A stretch of 64,000 bases of DNA, taken from contig JAAOMT010000620.1 in assembly GCA_016748015.1 (NCBI GenBank), forward strand, positions 675,684 through 739,683, read 5' to 3'. Position numbers and translations under genes: made by a program. The notes beneath the pieces are model-generated. The model worked only from the letters and a program-made list of their open reading frames with translations, was not told the origin of the DNA and ran no database searches. Positions 11,733-25,900 of the stretch are shown here, piece after piece (the first letter of the stretch is position 1; every line of letters begins with the position of its first letter). Source of the DNA: Geosiphon pyriformis uo1 (Eukaryota; Fungi; Glomeromycota).

Positions 11733-14204
11733 ATGAGTTCTCTTGGAAGACCTGCCGACTTTATCGACAATAGCAACTCTGTAATAGAAGGGGTATTAAC
11801 TTCAAATGAGAAATCAATAACTTCACTAGAAGAGTTGGTAAAAACTTATGAAATTGAAAAAACCATAAACACAATTTTAAACCAAGGCTATGAAAGGGTA
11901 AGTGTTGTAAAGCCCCTTTTATTCAAATACTCAGCACTCAAAGTTTAAACGCCTTTTCAGATAGCTCTTCAATTTCCAGATTCATTATTGGCTTACTCGA
12001 CACAAATCTTCACAATTCTAAGAAAACGTACCCTTAAAAAAATTTTCATTCTCGCAGACACATCTTACGGGAGGTAGTTAAATTTCAAATATTATTAATT
12101 GGTTTTCTATCTTGAACTAACTTGTTAGATTGGTTTAATTATTTTATAAGTTGTTGTGTAGATGAAGTAGCCGCGCAACATGTCGATGCTGATTTCATTG
12201 TTCATTATGGTGGAGCTTGTCTCAGCCCGTAAGTTCAATTTTTATTATTCCATTGTTCTTATTAAATAAAATTATCTTGAATAGGACTTCGCGATTGCCA
12301 GTTCTATACATTTTTGGAAATCAATCAGTCGACATGGATCATTGTAGGGAGGTTTTCGATAATTTTTTTTCTGCGAATAAGTCCCTTCCTATTATCATTT
12401 CTTTTGATGTAGTGTATGCTCATTGCATCTGTAAGCAAAATCTTTCGGTATCAGCACATGAATTTCTTCCATTTTAGCTACATTTTTCTGATGATAAAAA
12501 TGTGGGCTTTCTATTTTTCAATAATAGATAATTTTCTGGAGGAACTCTCTAACATGGGATACAGTAACCTGATTAGGACATATATCAAGACTCAAGAAAA
12601 TATTCAAGCAACATCGTGTGAGCGAGGTAAGATGGGTAATTTTGATAAACAACCCTTTTTATAATGTATACATTTCAAATTAAATAGTTATTCGATTTCT
12701 CGATAAAAACTCTACTATATGTTCTAACACGTAAATAATCGCAGAAATCCAACCTTCACCTGGTACAAAAGGAAGATATTACAAGCTCCCTGTTAATTTA
12801 AAAATTAATGATTGTTCAATCTTTTACATTGGCGGTGAAAGTCTCTCCCTCACAAATTTGATAATGACACATAATAAATGCCAGGTATATTCCATATATC
12901 TCAAGTATTGAAGAGCTTGAGAAACTTGATCAAACATTATTGATAATTATTATTTATAGGTGTTGAGTTATGATCCTAAAACTCGACAAGGTCGTCGAGA
13001 GACCTTGAAAGTGAATCGTGCCCTAATGAGACGGTATTAAAAAAAAATTCGTGTACAAATAATATTTACCTTAATTATAATTATTAATATTACAATAGTT
13101 TATTCCCGCAGTTATAACATGGTTCAGAAAGCCAAAGACGCGGATGTTATTGGCATCGTAGTTGGAACATTGGGTGTTGGTGAAGTGGTCTCTATTTTCG
13201 TCATATTAAAATGTGGTATTACTCTTGTATTTTTAAATTTAATCTATGTCTCCTTGTTCTAAATCACACGTTTAGTCTCCTACTTAAAAATCATATCCTA
13301 TTTAAAGCAATTAATTACTCAAGCTGGAAAAAAGGCTTACACATTCATAATGGGCAAGCTCAATGTGGCTAAAATGGCCAACTTTATGGAGATTGATTGT
13401 TATGTCCTTGTGGCTTGTCCGGAGAATAGCTTGATCGATTCGAAGGTATTTGAAATCCAACCATTCGGTAAACTTTTTCTGCAATCACCTGCTAAAGATT
13501 TCTATAGGAATTTTATCGACCCATTGTTACTCCCTTCGAATTGGAAATTGCACTTGATAAGTGAGTTGACACAAATAGAAACCCGATATATATTGATTTA
13601 ATCAAACGTCTTTTTTGGTTAGATCAAAGTCATGGACTGGGGAATATATAACCGACTTCCAGGACTTATTGTTTGGTAGATATAATTTTTTCAGATTTTG
13701 TAAAATACAATCTCAAGTATCTCTTTATTCCAGGGATTGCAGATAATCCGGATGAGATGGTGAGTGGAAATCAATTGATCTTTTACATAATTTGAGCTCT
13801 TACTAAATATTAGTTTCTAGTCTCGGGATTTTAGAAAGGTAGATGACAATGATGAAGATCAACCTTACTTTTCATTGATCACTGGCAAACTTAAACAAGG
13901 TCGAAAATATGTTTCCAGAGAAAATGATGGTATATTCCTTTTGCATTGACTCTTGAGATACGTGAACTGTAAATAAAAGAAATTCTAATCACTTGCAGCT
14001 TGCGAGGACGGAAATACAACGGATCTTGTGTTACGCAATCAGAATATGTCAATTTCAACTTATTTGAATAGTGCCGCCGGAGAATTTTTGAACTCTAGAA
14101 GCTTTCGCGGTTTACAAGAGGATGTTGGTCTAAGTGAAGTCCCTTTAGTAGAAGAGGGCCAGTCTGGGATAGCCAAAGGTTATTCAAACGAGATCAGCAA
14201 TTAG
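11733..14204 (+). CDS. DPH2: Diphthamide biosynthesis protein 2, multi-exon
   Basis: Motifs [51 protein letters not shown] and [23 protein letters not shown]-terminal [14 protein letters not shown] and [11 protein letters not shown] fit Dph2. Confidence 0.93.
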
Positions 14205-14751
14205 GATTCAAGAAAATAAATGATTCTTTTACTGCCTTTTCTATCAACATTCCTTAAAATACAGTGGAGCACTAGCGATAAATGAAGGCAAGTATATCCA
14301 GCTTTGCGTAAGTAATTTCAATTTGATCTGCCTCTAGCCGAAACTTACCCAAAAATAAAAATGGATCAGCTCAATCAATGTATTCTTAGTAAAAAGTAAG
14401 CTGCCCTTGAGGATCATACATTATTTGGAATTCAATAGCGAGAAATTTCGGCTCAATATAATTTAGAAAGTCGAATGTATTATGTATTGGTGGTGAAGGA
14501 ATATGGGGTATCGGAAACCAAAAAAATGTAACTTTTCATGCTATTATGCTCCACACCTTATCGTAAACTGAACCTCAATGTGGAATTCCCAATGTAGAAA
14601 AATAACCAAAATCATTAAAGAACCTAAAAAGGGGTGACCGAACTTGGGCAAATATTAAAATCATCGTTTCACACTATAGATGCATAATAATGCAAGGCCG
14701 ATTTTATATATAGAGTAGGATAACAAAATAATTACTGTATACCAATAGTTT

Positions 14752-16429
14752 TTACTTAGTTTCTTCAGTTTCGCCCTCTACTTTGGCTTCATCAGGCTTC
14801 TCAACTTCTTTTTTGGATTATTAACAGAATTAGAATGTGCAAAAGTGATGAACAAAGAAAAATTCAAATTTCTCACCATCTTGCAAATCAGAAGTCCAGA
14901 GAGTTAAATTGTCTCTCAGCAATTGCATAATCAAAGTGCTATCTTTGTACGATTCTTCACTTAAGGTATCGAGCTCAGCAATAGCATCGTCAAATGCTTG
15001 TTTGGCAAGATGGCAAGCACGATCAGGAGAGTTGAGGATTTCATAATAGAAGACTGAAAAGTTTAAGGCGAGTCCAAGACGAATTGGATGGGTAGGAGCA
15101 AGATCTGTTTGGGCAATATCGGTGGCATGCTTATAGGCTTCGTGCGCTTGAGTAGCGGCTTCTTTTCGCCTCTCACCAGACGCAAATTCAGCGAGATATC
15201 GATGATAGTCGCCCTTCCTGGCAAATTTGTTTAAATATAAGGTGAAATATATATTGGGTAGGCCCATAATTAAAGATTCCAAAACTATATCATCTCCAAC
15301 TAGAAATTATCATTTGAATTGTATAAGGCCCTTTATTCTCATAAAAACAAAATAACTTGTATAGATGTCACATTCTAGTCTTTACCCGGTTATTTTTATA
15401 GTAGCACACAAGTGGAATCAGGCGATTAAAAAGTCAGATGCTTATTATTGCACTTACATTTTATAATAAAACACTTTGGATTCACCGGCTTCAGCAGAAG
15501 GGATCAGATGCTCATCCAAAACTGCAAGAATATCAGAGCAGACTTCGGATAGTTCGGCCTCAACCTTCTGACGGTAAGCCTTGATTTTCGTGACTTGGGT
15601 TTCATTGCCTTTATTCTCTTCTTTTGCTTCAATGGATGAAATAATCCTCCAAGAAGCACGACGGGCACCGATCACATTTTTATACGCAACGGAAAGTAAG
15701 TTACGTTCTTCGACAGTAAGCTCAACACCAAGCTTTACGTTTTCAATTAAAAATTCATTATTGAGAAAAATTAAAGAAAGCCATTAGTCATTAAAAAACG
15801 ATAGATCAAAGAAGTCGTCATGTATGAAATGCTCATCCTTACTTTAGCAACATCCTGAAGAAATAAAAAAGGATTAAATGAGTATATAATAGAATTTTTA
15901 GAGCAAAATCTAAGATATTTCAATAAAACTTACTTTCATATAAGAAACCATTTCTATAAATCGGACAAGAAAAGGATTTAGTGGGACAGTTTCTCATTAT
16001 AAATCAAGGAATGATCGATGATTACAACCAAAGAGACTTACCGTCATAACGTTCGGCCTGCTCGGCGAGCTTAGCCATATAAACCTGTTTGGATGTCAAT
16101 ATGATGGAAAATCAAAAAATTTCGGTCAACCTTTTCATGGCAAAGCCAAAGACATGATCAAATTGAGATTTTTTCTCATAAAGCGCCACTGGATGAAAAT
16201 ACCTGGTTCTCGCGTTCCTAAATGACAGGAAAGATAAAGATGGTTAGCTCGGTTAATTTAGTTCAAACAATCACAAAAAATGAAATTGATGTCAAAACTA
16301 CAGGAAAGGCTTTCAGCTCGACCATTTTCAAGAAGAAACGTCCGAGGCGGATCAATTTAGGAAATTTTTTCGAATTCAAAGCTTAACCTCATAATAGTGC
16401 CTCAAATTAATACTTACAACAGTAGCCAT
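14752..16429 (-). CDS. 14-3-3 protein (Bmh/Rad24 family), 8 exons including five tiny 5' exons
   Basis: MATV|ERENQ|[14 protein letters not shown]|EMVSYMK|DVAK|[31 protein letters not shown]...[10 protein letters not shown]...[19 protein letters not shown]...[16 protein letters not shown]. Confidence 0.97.
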
Positions 16430-17002
16430 TGTGAAATTTGTTTAAAAGTTTGTTAGGAATAGGAAGGGCGTATTCTTTCTGAGAAGTATAGGTTTTAGGC
16501 AAAGCAGTTGCGGAAGGCCGGAGCAAAGACGACAACACCGTTGAGCTGAGAAAAAAATGCGTGAAGATGGACACTTAAAAAGTTAAAAAAAGTTTCTTCG
16601 TATCTCGGGTGTCCAGTGGCATTGGGCATTGATAATGAACTTGTGGGGTTTTTGTACTCGCTTTACTGTGATTGGTGCACATTCGTTACACTGTCTGCAG
16701 AAAAAGGTTCGAAAATTGTGTCTCTTGTGCGTCATCAACGTTGGTTAAAATTGAAAATGATTGGCAATTAGAGGACATGATACCAGCAGATCTTTTAACT
16801 TCGGGCAATCATAAGATTGAAATATGAAATTTGGTCAATTCAGTATTTGTCAAATTTGGAAATGAGCACAATTTTTTTTGCCAATTAGATAGAATCTGCT
16901 GATATTACTATAATAAAGATTTTAAGGATACCCAATTCAAAAATTAAAAATTTTGAGAATATATTAATTAGCAAAGACTATACAAAGTTTAGTGATTAGT
17001 AA

Positions 17003-18105
17003 CTAATCGATTAAACGTTTTCGCTGGAAGAATTTCTTGAGATAAAAAATTTGCCAGCCACCCAAGGAGAGCAAAACAAACATGGTACCAAGACTGAACC
17101 ACTTTACTCTTTCATTAGTAGATTCTATATGATCGCAAATCATAGAATAAATTTCGTATCAGATCTTTTAAAGCATTGGATAAACCTCACTTACCATTCG
17201 TATCCCTCATTCGAGCCTCGCGTTTCCTTAAATAATCCATCTCGTCTACAATCTCTTGTACAACTTGTTCTAATTTACGCAATTCGGCTTCTAATGGCGC
17301 CAATTTTTCAGCTTTAGCCAACGCATTATAATCAATTGCTTCGGCCCCAACATCAACATCAAGATCAATTGTACGATGGTATTTAGGGTCAGCATGAGAA
17401 CCTAAAAATTGATAATTGTAATTTTTCTACGTCAATATGGGGCATTTTAAAGCTGAATTTTGCTTATAATTGATTTCTAAAACCCGGTAGAATGCAGTCT
17501 ACTGAAATTAGGAAATGATGCCAAAGTGACATCAAAAGATCAAGCCAATAAATGAAGCAAATTCTAAAAATAATTGCAGATTGTAATACCTTCAGTCAAA
17601 GTATTTGTAAAACAAATAGCTATGTCTGCATCGGCATGTGTTGTGAAGGCTAAACGAGTATCTGTATTCACATCTCGTCTTTTTCCATATTCATTATGAG
17701 AAGGGCTATTATCAGTTACCTGAATGTTGGGTTTTCGTTAATTTCGGTAATTAATTAGTTACAGCGATATGATGAAAAAGACAAAAATACTTGAAAAATC
17801 GAAGCACAAACCCTGAGAAAGAACTATTCTTCGGGTTGTTCTTTATATTAGCTTCTTAAATGTTATCAAAAACTTACATCAATATCAATTCGCTGGTTAT
17901 ATCCTGCTCCAACTTTTATTGCAACCACGACTAAAGTGTCTGTTGGTACGTATTGTTTGATGCACTTTCTAGAATCAAAATCGGATGGTGCAGCCATCAA
18001 ATCAAACTTTATTGCTCTCACATGACACACTTTATCTCCTAATAAACTAAGAAAAATAAATAGAAAAAGCAAGTAAAAATGAGAAGTAACTCTAGGTTGA
18101 AACAT
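17003..18105 (-). CDS. ERV25: p24 family cargo receptor, delta subfamily (Erv25/TMED10), 4 exons
   Basis: Signal peptide, GOLD domain, coiled coil (LEAELRKLE...REARMRDTNESTNERVKWFS), TM helix and cytosolic tail YLKKFFQRKRLID*. Confidence 0.93.
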
Positions 18106-18287
18106 ATCTCATACACGCAAACTGTAGGAACTAGAGAGCCAGAATCTTTCGTAAAAATTTTGGCGAATTCCAATTTGCCGGCATTTCAGCTGCTATCATT
18201 GATATTTTAGATAATCAGGCACCTGATAATATAAAAATCCCATTGGCAATAAAGTGGAATGTAGTAGATAATTCAATAGAAAATTCA

Positions 18288-18358
18288 TGCCGTTGCCTGG
18301 AATCGAACCAGGGTCAGTGCGGCCACAACGCAATGTACTGCCACTATACTACAACGGC
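18288..18358 (-). tRNA. tRNA-His (GTG), intronless
   Basis: GCCGTTGTAGTATAGTGGCAGTACATTGCGTTGTGGCCGCACTGACCCTGGTTCGATTCCAGGCAACGGCA. Acceptor stem GCCGTTG/CAACGGC, GTG anticodon, TTCGA T-loop, downstream T4 Pol III terminator. Confidence 0.96.
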
Positions 18359-18479
18359 TTATCTGATCAGTAGAAATCCAAAAATTAAAATTTTAAATAA
18401 CAGATAACGAGAAAAATACGCGAATTTGAAGTTAAATTTTTTTTTATTGCTCATCTATTTTTATAGTAAATGTTTAAAA

Positions 18480-19930
18480 TTGAATGTGAATTATGCATTT
18501 TCTGACTAATTACTTAAATCAATTAAGACAATGTTATACTATATTAAATAATTTATTGTTGTTATTAATGGTTTAAAAACAGTTTTTGAAGCTATCCTGT
18601 CTTAAATTAGTTTTAACAACAGAAAACACCTTATTACTTATGTTAATAAAAGTATAAATACCATAAAAAAAGAATATAATACAACCAATTTAAAGCGCTT
18701 TACTATTAATAGGCTATATAAAATTGAAAACACTATTTTAGCCAACTATTTAATATATACACTAATTATAAAGAATTAATCTAACTATTAACAAAAAAAA
18801 TATACAAGATATTATATTTATTTTCAGTTTTTAAGATAAAAATTAATTATAAAAAGTATAAAAAATAATATTATAACAGTTGATTAAAAATAAAACAACT
18901 ATAATTCTTATTTATAAATAATTAAACATATTAATATTTAATACAATATTTATTAATATTTAAATTCAAGAAAATATATTTTAAAAAAAACAAAGCAATA
19001 TTCAAAACAATTAAAAAACTATCTTATTTATAACAAAATCTTATATTATTAAAATTAAAACAATTTTTTATAAGTTATTAAAAATATTAAAAAAAATTAT
19101 TTTTTATAATATGTACTTAAATTTTTTATAAAATATTTCTATAAAAAAGTCATTATTAAAAAACAATTAATTTGTATTATTAACTATTAATATACAGAAA
19201 TATTATTAAATATGTATAAAATTATAACTCTTATTAAAAAAAATAAAAAATAAAACAATAAAATTATCATAATTAATTCTAATTAAAAACTTATTTAATA
19301 AAATTGGAATTAATTTAGTTAGATTTTTTTTAATTATTTTTTAAAAAAACTAATATATTATTATAATAATTAATTATCTTAATAAATAATTTGAAGTTAA
19401 AGCAATTTAAGTAGTCAATATTAAAACAATAATTGAATTTATATATTAAAATCTAATTTAATAAAAAAAAATATTGTTTAATTAAAAAACTTATTTTATT
19501 AACAGTTTTTTTATAAAAATAAGCCAATAATTTAAAATAAAAAAACTATTATTGTTATATTATTTGTCAATTAACAATTAATTAAATAATTTAACTAAAT
19601 ATTATATAAAGCTTTAATAAAAATAAGTAATAAAAATAAACAAAAATATGATTTATTTATTAAACAATAAAACAAAATACTATTTATTTTATTTATTTTA
19701 AATTAAAAAAACAAATAAACTTCATAAAACTAATTACTAAAAATATTTTAAACTTATTTTTTAAAAAAAATTAGTTTATAAAAACTTTAAAAAATAATTA
19801 GCAAATTTTAGTTAAAAACATTAAACAATTATAAAAACAACAAAAAAAATACATGATTATTTATTTAATTAATCTATTAAATTAAAATTAAAAAACAATA
19901 AAATAAAAAATTTGATTTTTTTATTAAGTT
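18480..19930 (+). pseudogene. Extremely eroded Ty3/Gypsy pol relic (RNase H-integrase)
   Basis: Reversing C>T/G>A changes gives EHPIAYASR..EKNY..TDLE.LA at ~18620-18720 and integrase PF(D)KIGI(D)LVG at ~19285-19325. Confidence 0.6.
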
Positions 19931-22900
19931 TTAATAAATATGATCCAATTATTATTTAGAAATTAGAAACAAATTAAGTATTTTAGTACTAAATATAATA
20001 TATGTACTTCTTACATATAACTAATTACTTAAGCCAGTTTAAATTATATTATATTAATATAAAAAAAAACTTACTCAAAAAGAACATTTTTTAAATAATT
20101 TTAAATAATATAGTACTATTATTAATTAATTTAACCAATAACTTAACTGTTTTTAAAATATTAGTTTTAATAATAATAGGCTTATGTTTTTACAATAATA
20201 TTAAATTAAAAAACATATTATCATTTATAATAGACAAATTTATATAAAGATTAAATATATTAATATTCTTATAACTATATTCAGTTTTCAAAGCAACTAT
20301 CTTTTATTTTAGCTTATTAACAATCTTGCTAAAAGTATTTATATACACCAAAATTTTATTAATCTTAAAGCTAAATATATTATTTAAAACCAAATTTTTA
20401 TTAACAAACTGTTTAAATATAACAACTAAAAAATTAATTGACTTTATAATAAATTTAACCAATATAAAAAGCTTGATCAAATCAAATTTTAAAAAAACTA
20501 ACCAAAAAAAAACCATAAAATTACTAATCTTTATATTAACAAAAGATTAAAAACTAAAAAAAAACACAAAAACAATAGCTTTAATATAAGACTTAATACT
20601 AATAAAACAAAGCACAAAAGTCTTAAAAAGCTTAAAAATAAAAAATAAAAGTATTTTATAATTAACAGTCAAATAATTCAAATCTTAATACCTAAAACAA
20701 TATCAATATTTAAAAGTTTTTTACTAAATATAATATTTCTTCAAAGTATTAATTTTAATAATAACAATATTTAAATTATTTTGTAAGCCAAATATAATTA
20801 GAACAAACTAAAAACAATAACTAGAATTAAGTAAGTAAAGAATAAAACAAATTTGATTATTAATTTGAAAAATTATATTACTAATTTTAAAAATAATACA
20901 ACCAAGAAAAAGATTGATAATTTGGTCTTAAACTTATAATAAACAGAATAATTTTATTCTGATTTATTAAAAAAAAGATTCTAATATTATTTTTGCTTAA
21001 CAAATTTAAGCAATAATTTAAAGCAAATATAATAGTATTAAAATTTTTGAAGTAAACTACTATATTATCAAATGCTAATAAACTTTAATACAATACAAAA
21101 AACTTTACCAAACACATTATTACTCATAAAAATTAGGAATTATAATAATAAATAAAATAGACATAGTAAAAAGAAGAATTCTAGAATTTCAGAATTTTAG
21201 GATTCTTTTTAAGAAATTACAAGATTTCCAAAAATCTTGTATAACATAAATTATATATATATAATAAGAATATTAAAAGCAGAAAAAGTAATTTCAGAAA
21301 AATTCAACAATACTCTTTTCTTTAAAAGATAGTTTTCTATAACTTAAAATAGAAACATTTTTATATTAATAAATTATCTATTATTATTTAATCTATGTTA
21401 TTATCACTTAATTAAAAAAATATTAATTTATTCCATTCTATCAACACTTTATGTTAATAAAATCTAATATTTAACCATATTAAACCAATAGTTTTTAATT
21501 ATGGCTATTGATAAAATACTAATTTTTTATTTTTTTTTATTTTTTATTTTTTTTTATTTTTTATTTTTTTTTATTTTATTCTTTGTTGTTTACTTAATTG
21601 ATTAAAAAGATTAAGTACTAAGTATTTGATATTAAGAATAATCTGGTAAAAAATCTAAGAAAAAGAATAAAAATTTAAGAATAGCTTACCAGAAGGGCAT
21701 AACTGTCAAAATAAACCAGCCACTATGTTAAAGAAAAAAATTCACTAAAAAAACCATTAATTAAATCTCTGTTTATTATACAAAAAGCTCAACCAAAAAT
21801 TTCAAACTTTAATATCTTTAGAAATTACTAATATTATTAGCTATTAAACACCAAATTACAGGTTTGTTATTTGTTTCAACATCTCAAATAATTATCTGTA
21901 ATATTTGGTGCTTTTTGTAAGATATAATTCAACAGAGAACTGGCACTAATATTAACTATTTGGAAAAGTGGCAGACCAAGAAATCATAAAAAAAATCATT
22001 TAGGATTTGCAAAATTCTTATTTTAATATTAACAAACTTATCTCACACTAACAAGTAATTATTGGCCAGCAGAATCAGTTTTCAATTTCTATATCAATAA
22101 AAAAATTAAATCTTACTTGAAAAACCAAAGAGATTCAAAAGCTGTTTTTAGAAATTTCTATAGTAAACTACTACAAAACTCCATACTTCTACTAAATCAT
22201 CTGTTTGCACTATTAATCATACAAATAAACAAAAAAATTAAGCATTACACCCAACAGAAATTTTTTATTATTTTTATAGACAAAAAAAAATTACAAATTT
22301 TAACAGAAACACCAAGAAAAATACAACTGCCTAATTTAAAGAAACCAAGAATTGTTTTACCTATTAACTTATTATATTACTATATGTTTAGAAGTACTAT
22401 CTACATAACATCAGCAGTTGTATCTACAGCAGTTGTAAAAACACTATTAGCAAAAGTATTATTCCAAAATAATTAAAAAAAAGCCAAATTATTAAAAACT
22501 TATGACAACTTCTTTAAAAGATTCAAATTATGACTAAAAATATCATCAGAACTTTGATTACTATTATCTTAACCAGATTTTGGATCTATTAGTCATTGAA
22601 AAGATATCAAATTAGAAAAAAAAAACAAATATCAGAAAAATAATAATTAAAATCTGATCTCAATTAATCTGGAAATCATAACTCTGATTGTTCAAACTTT
22701 ACAAAATCCAAACAATTCAAATTTCACTCCTATTTTTTAGCAAAACTTATTTTCAGTTATCATGATTAATCTACCAGTTGTACCAATTGCTACACAACAA
22801 TTACAATAACAACTACAATAATAACAACTTATATTAATAGTATATATATTAATTACCAAACTAGAAAAATTTACCAGTAAAGAGAACAATGTTTAAACAT

Positions 22901-25900
22901 GGTTAAACAATATAAAAAAAGCATTTGCAGCCAACAAATGGGACAACACCAGAGCAATTCAAGCAATTCTTTACTTTTTTTAGGACACTACTAATTTGTA
23001 ATATCAAAATCTTGTAAACAAACTTCAAAGTTTTAACATGTTTAAAACTGTGTTTTTATAGCATTTCAGTAATAATAATAGCCTAAATCACTTGTTAACT
23101 AGTTTTACCACAATCAAACAAGATGGTACTAAAGCAGTTACCACTTGCTTGGAATGTTTTCACAGGAATTTGTGTTAAATTTATGCAATTTAAGTTAATT
23201 ACTTTATAATAATACAGATTTTAAACCAGTTTATTTGTGAATTACACAGCAGCTTATTATAATAAATACATTCAATGTATCCAAATACCCCTTAAAACAC
23301 AGTTATATATATTCAAAATTTTAAATTAGTCAAATTCAAAGCTAATCATGCCCAAGTTGTAAATCTAGTAATAAATAGATTATCTAAATAAAATACCAAA
23401 TTGAAACAATTTGGTAAAGTTATTAATCAGAAAATTAAGAAATACTTGGCTAATAATCAAGCCATTTAACAATTTCTACAATGTTATGATAATTCAAGAA
23501 ACTCTAATTACTTTCAAAATTAGTTGTGTCTAATACTATAATTATTATCAAATTAACTATAACAACAAGAAATGCATAATTGTTATCATTGTGATAAATA
23601 AAGTTATCTAAAAACAGATTATTATTTTAGATTTAATAACCAATAATTAGAAAATCAATATTAAAATTCCAATTGCAGGTTTTAAACTCCAAATTACATT
23701 CAAATTAGAAACAATATTAATATTAGCCTTATTATATCTTAATAATGCAACAACTAATATACTTATCTTTAGTATATTAGACTTTAGCATTAATAATATA
23801 TCAATCACAGCCACAAATCATTTATTAATTCCAACAAATTCAAGTGTCATCCCAAATTACTGTGCCAATACCAACTAAAAATCCAAGGCTAAGAATTATT
23901 TACACTCAGCAAAATTGAAAATTGGCAATAGTAATAAACCAACCAATTTTTAGTTTATTAAACTAGTCATTAAGATTATACTAGCAGAGTTTGGAAAATA
24001 AGTACACTTAAAACTCAAATTTCCAGAACTATTTAAGTCTTTTAGTTACTTCAGAAAACAACTCATTCAACAATTTAGAAACCAATTAACAACCACTTAT
24101 CAATAACATCCTATTAGTAACTATTATAAAAGACAAATTCTTAGTTATTATCTTCTTATTTGAATTAGAAAACCAATTAAAAACTCTATTATTCAGTAAA
24201 ACTGCTCTTAATACTAAACTTATTACAGCCATGTATACAGATGCCAAAGTTAATGGCCATTCTATCAAGCTAATTCTTAATAGTAATTTAACAAACAACA
24301 TTATTACATAATAACTTATAAACTAATTAGATTGCCAAGTGAATGGTATTATCAGTGCCAAAATTATTACAGCTAATAGAACAATGAAAACTCTTATTAA
24401 TAAAATTAACAACTTCTTTTTTGAAGTCAATAATATCATTGAATTTATCAAAGTTCTTATTATAAAAGTCACTTAATACTAAGTTTTTATTGGTAATAAC
24501 TGGCTGTTTAAAACCAATATTATACTTGATTAAACCACACAAGAACTACAGTTCAGTTAAAATAGTCAACAAACTTGGATATCTGCTATCTGTGGCCACT
24601 TCAAAACAAATATCATCATCCAATCACCATTAATTAAGTTCAAAAAAGAAAAAAAAAACCTATCTAAAAAGTTTATCAAGTCTTATAAACTAAAGATAAT
24701 TATAATAAACTACTACTAATACTTTTTTAAAATAACAAAGAAAAAAGAAAAAAAGAAAACAAATCACAACCCACTACTTTTACAAAAGAAACAAATAATA
24801 GTTAACATATTTTATACTTATTGTAACCAAAGAAAAAATCACTTTATTATTAAGATTTAGAACTTACTCAAAAAAAACAAAAGCAGTATTTAAAATAATT
24901 AAACACTAAACTTTATAAATATTGTTTAATTTTTGGTGATTTCAAATATTGTAATAATTGTAATCTTATTTATAATCTGTTACTATATATGATTTATTCA
25001 ATTTCCAAAGAAAAAAAACCAATCAACAGCTACACTTTGAAATTAGAATCAAAATTTAATTTCAATTCAAACTTTAATAATAATAACAATAATAATTCTA
25101 ATTTTGTCCACAATAGCAATAACAATAATAATAATTCAAACTCCAATAAAAACTTCAAACAATATATTATGTTTTTAGATCTTTTACAAGAGCAGAAACT
25201 TAAATATTTTAGCAATAATAATAAGAATATTATGTTAAAATGTGTGTATAATACTAATACAAGATTTAATCTTAGATATCTGGAAAAAACTGCTATTAGA
25301 TTAGAATCTTATTTGCATACTAGTATAGATTTAAGAAATTTAAAAAATTTTGATAGAGCTCAATATTAAAAGGAGAAAATAATATTACTTATAAAAATTA
25401 AGAATTATAATAATAGATAAAATAGGCATAGTAAAAAGGGAAATTTCAGAATTTCTCTTAAAAATTGTAAAATTCTCAGAAATTTCATATAACATAAATT
25501 ATATATATATAGCAAAAGTATTAAAAACAGAAAAAATAATTTCAGGAGAATTTAACAATATCTTTTTTTTTAAAAGATAGTTTTTTATAACTTGAAATAA
25601 AATCATTCTTATATTAATAAAATTATCTATTATTATTTAATCCATGTTATTATTACTTGATTAAAAAAATATTAATTAATTTCACTCTATTAATACTCTA
25701 TGTTAATAAAAATTTAATACTTAACTATATTAGACCAATAGCTTTTGATTACAGTTATTAATAAGATACTAATTTTTATTTTTTATTTTTATTTTTTTTT
25801 ATTTTTTTTATTTTTTTTATTTTTATTTTTTTTATTTTTTGTTGTTTACTAAATTAATTAAAAAAATTAAGTACTAAGTATTTAATGTTAAGGATAGTCT

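Noticed and set aside
3763-14204. KTI12 and DPH2 (plus RPL25) as a functional translation-modification cluster
   Set aside because: The pathways are linked through Kti11/Dph3, but unrelated genes are interspersed and no synteny evidence is available. Chance is sufficient.
20304-20550. Short Lys/Ile/Asn/Phe-rich ORFs from the ORF track in AT-rich regions (also 22117, 26880, 32076)
   Set aside because: They are compositional artefacts or fragments of eroded TE frames, with no independent gene structure.
24989-25369. Asn-rich 126-aa ORF as a prion-like host protein
   Set aside because: It is the eroded Asp/Ser-rich linker plus dUTPase start of the Gypsy element (GAT>AAT changes), homologous to 42201-42590.
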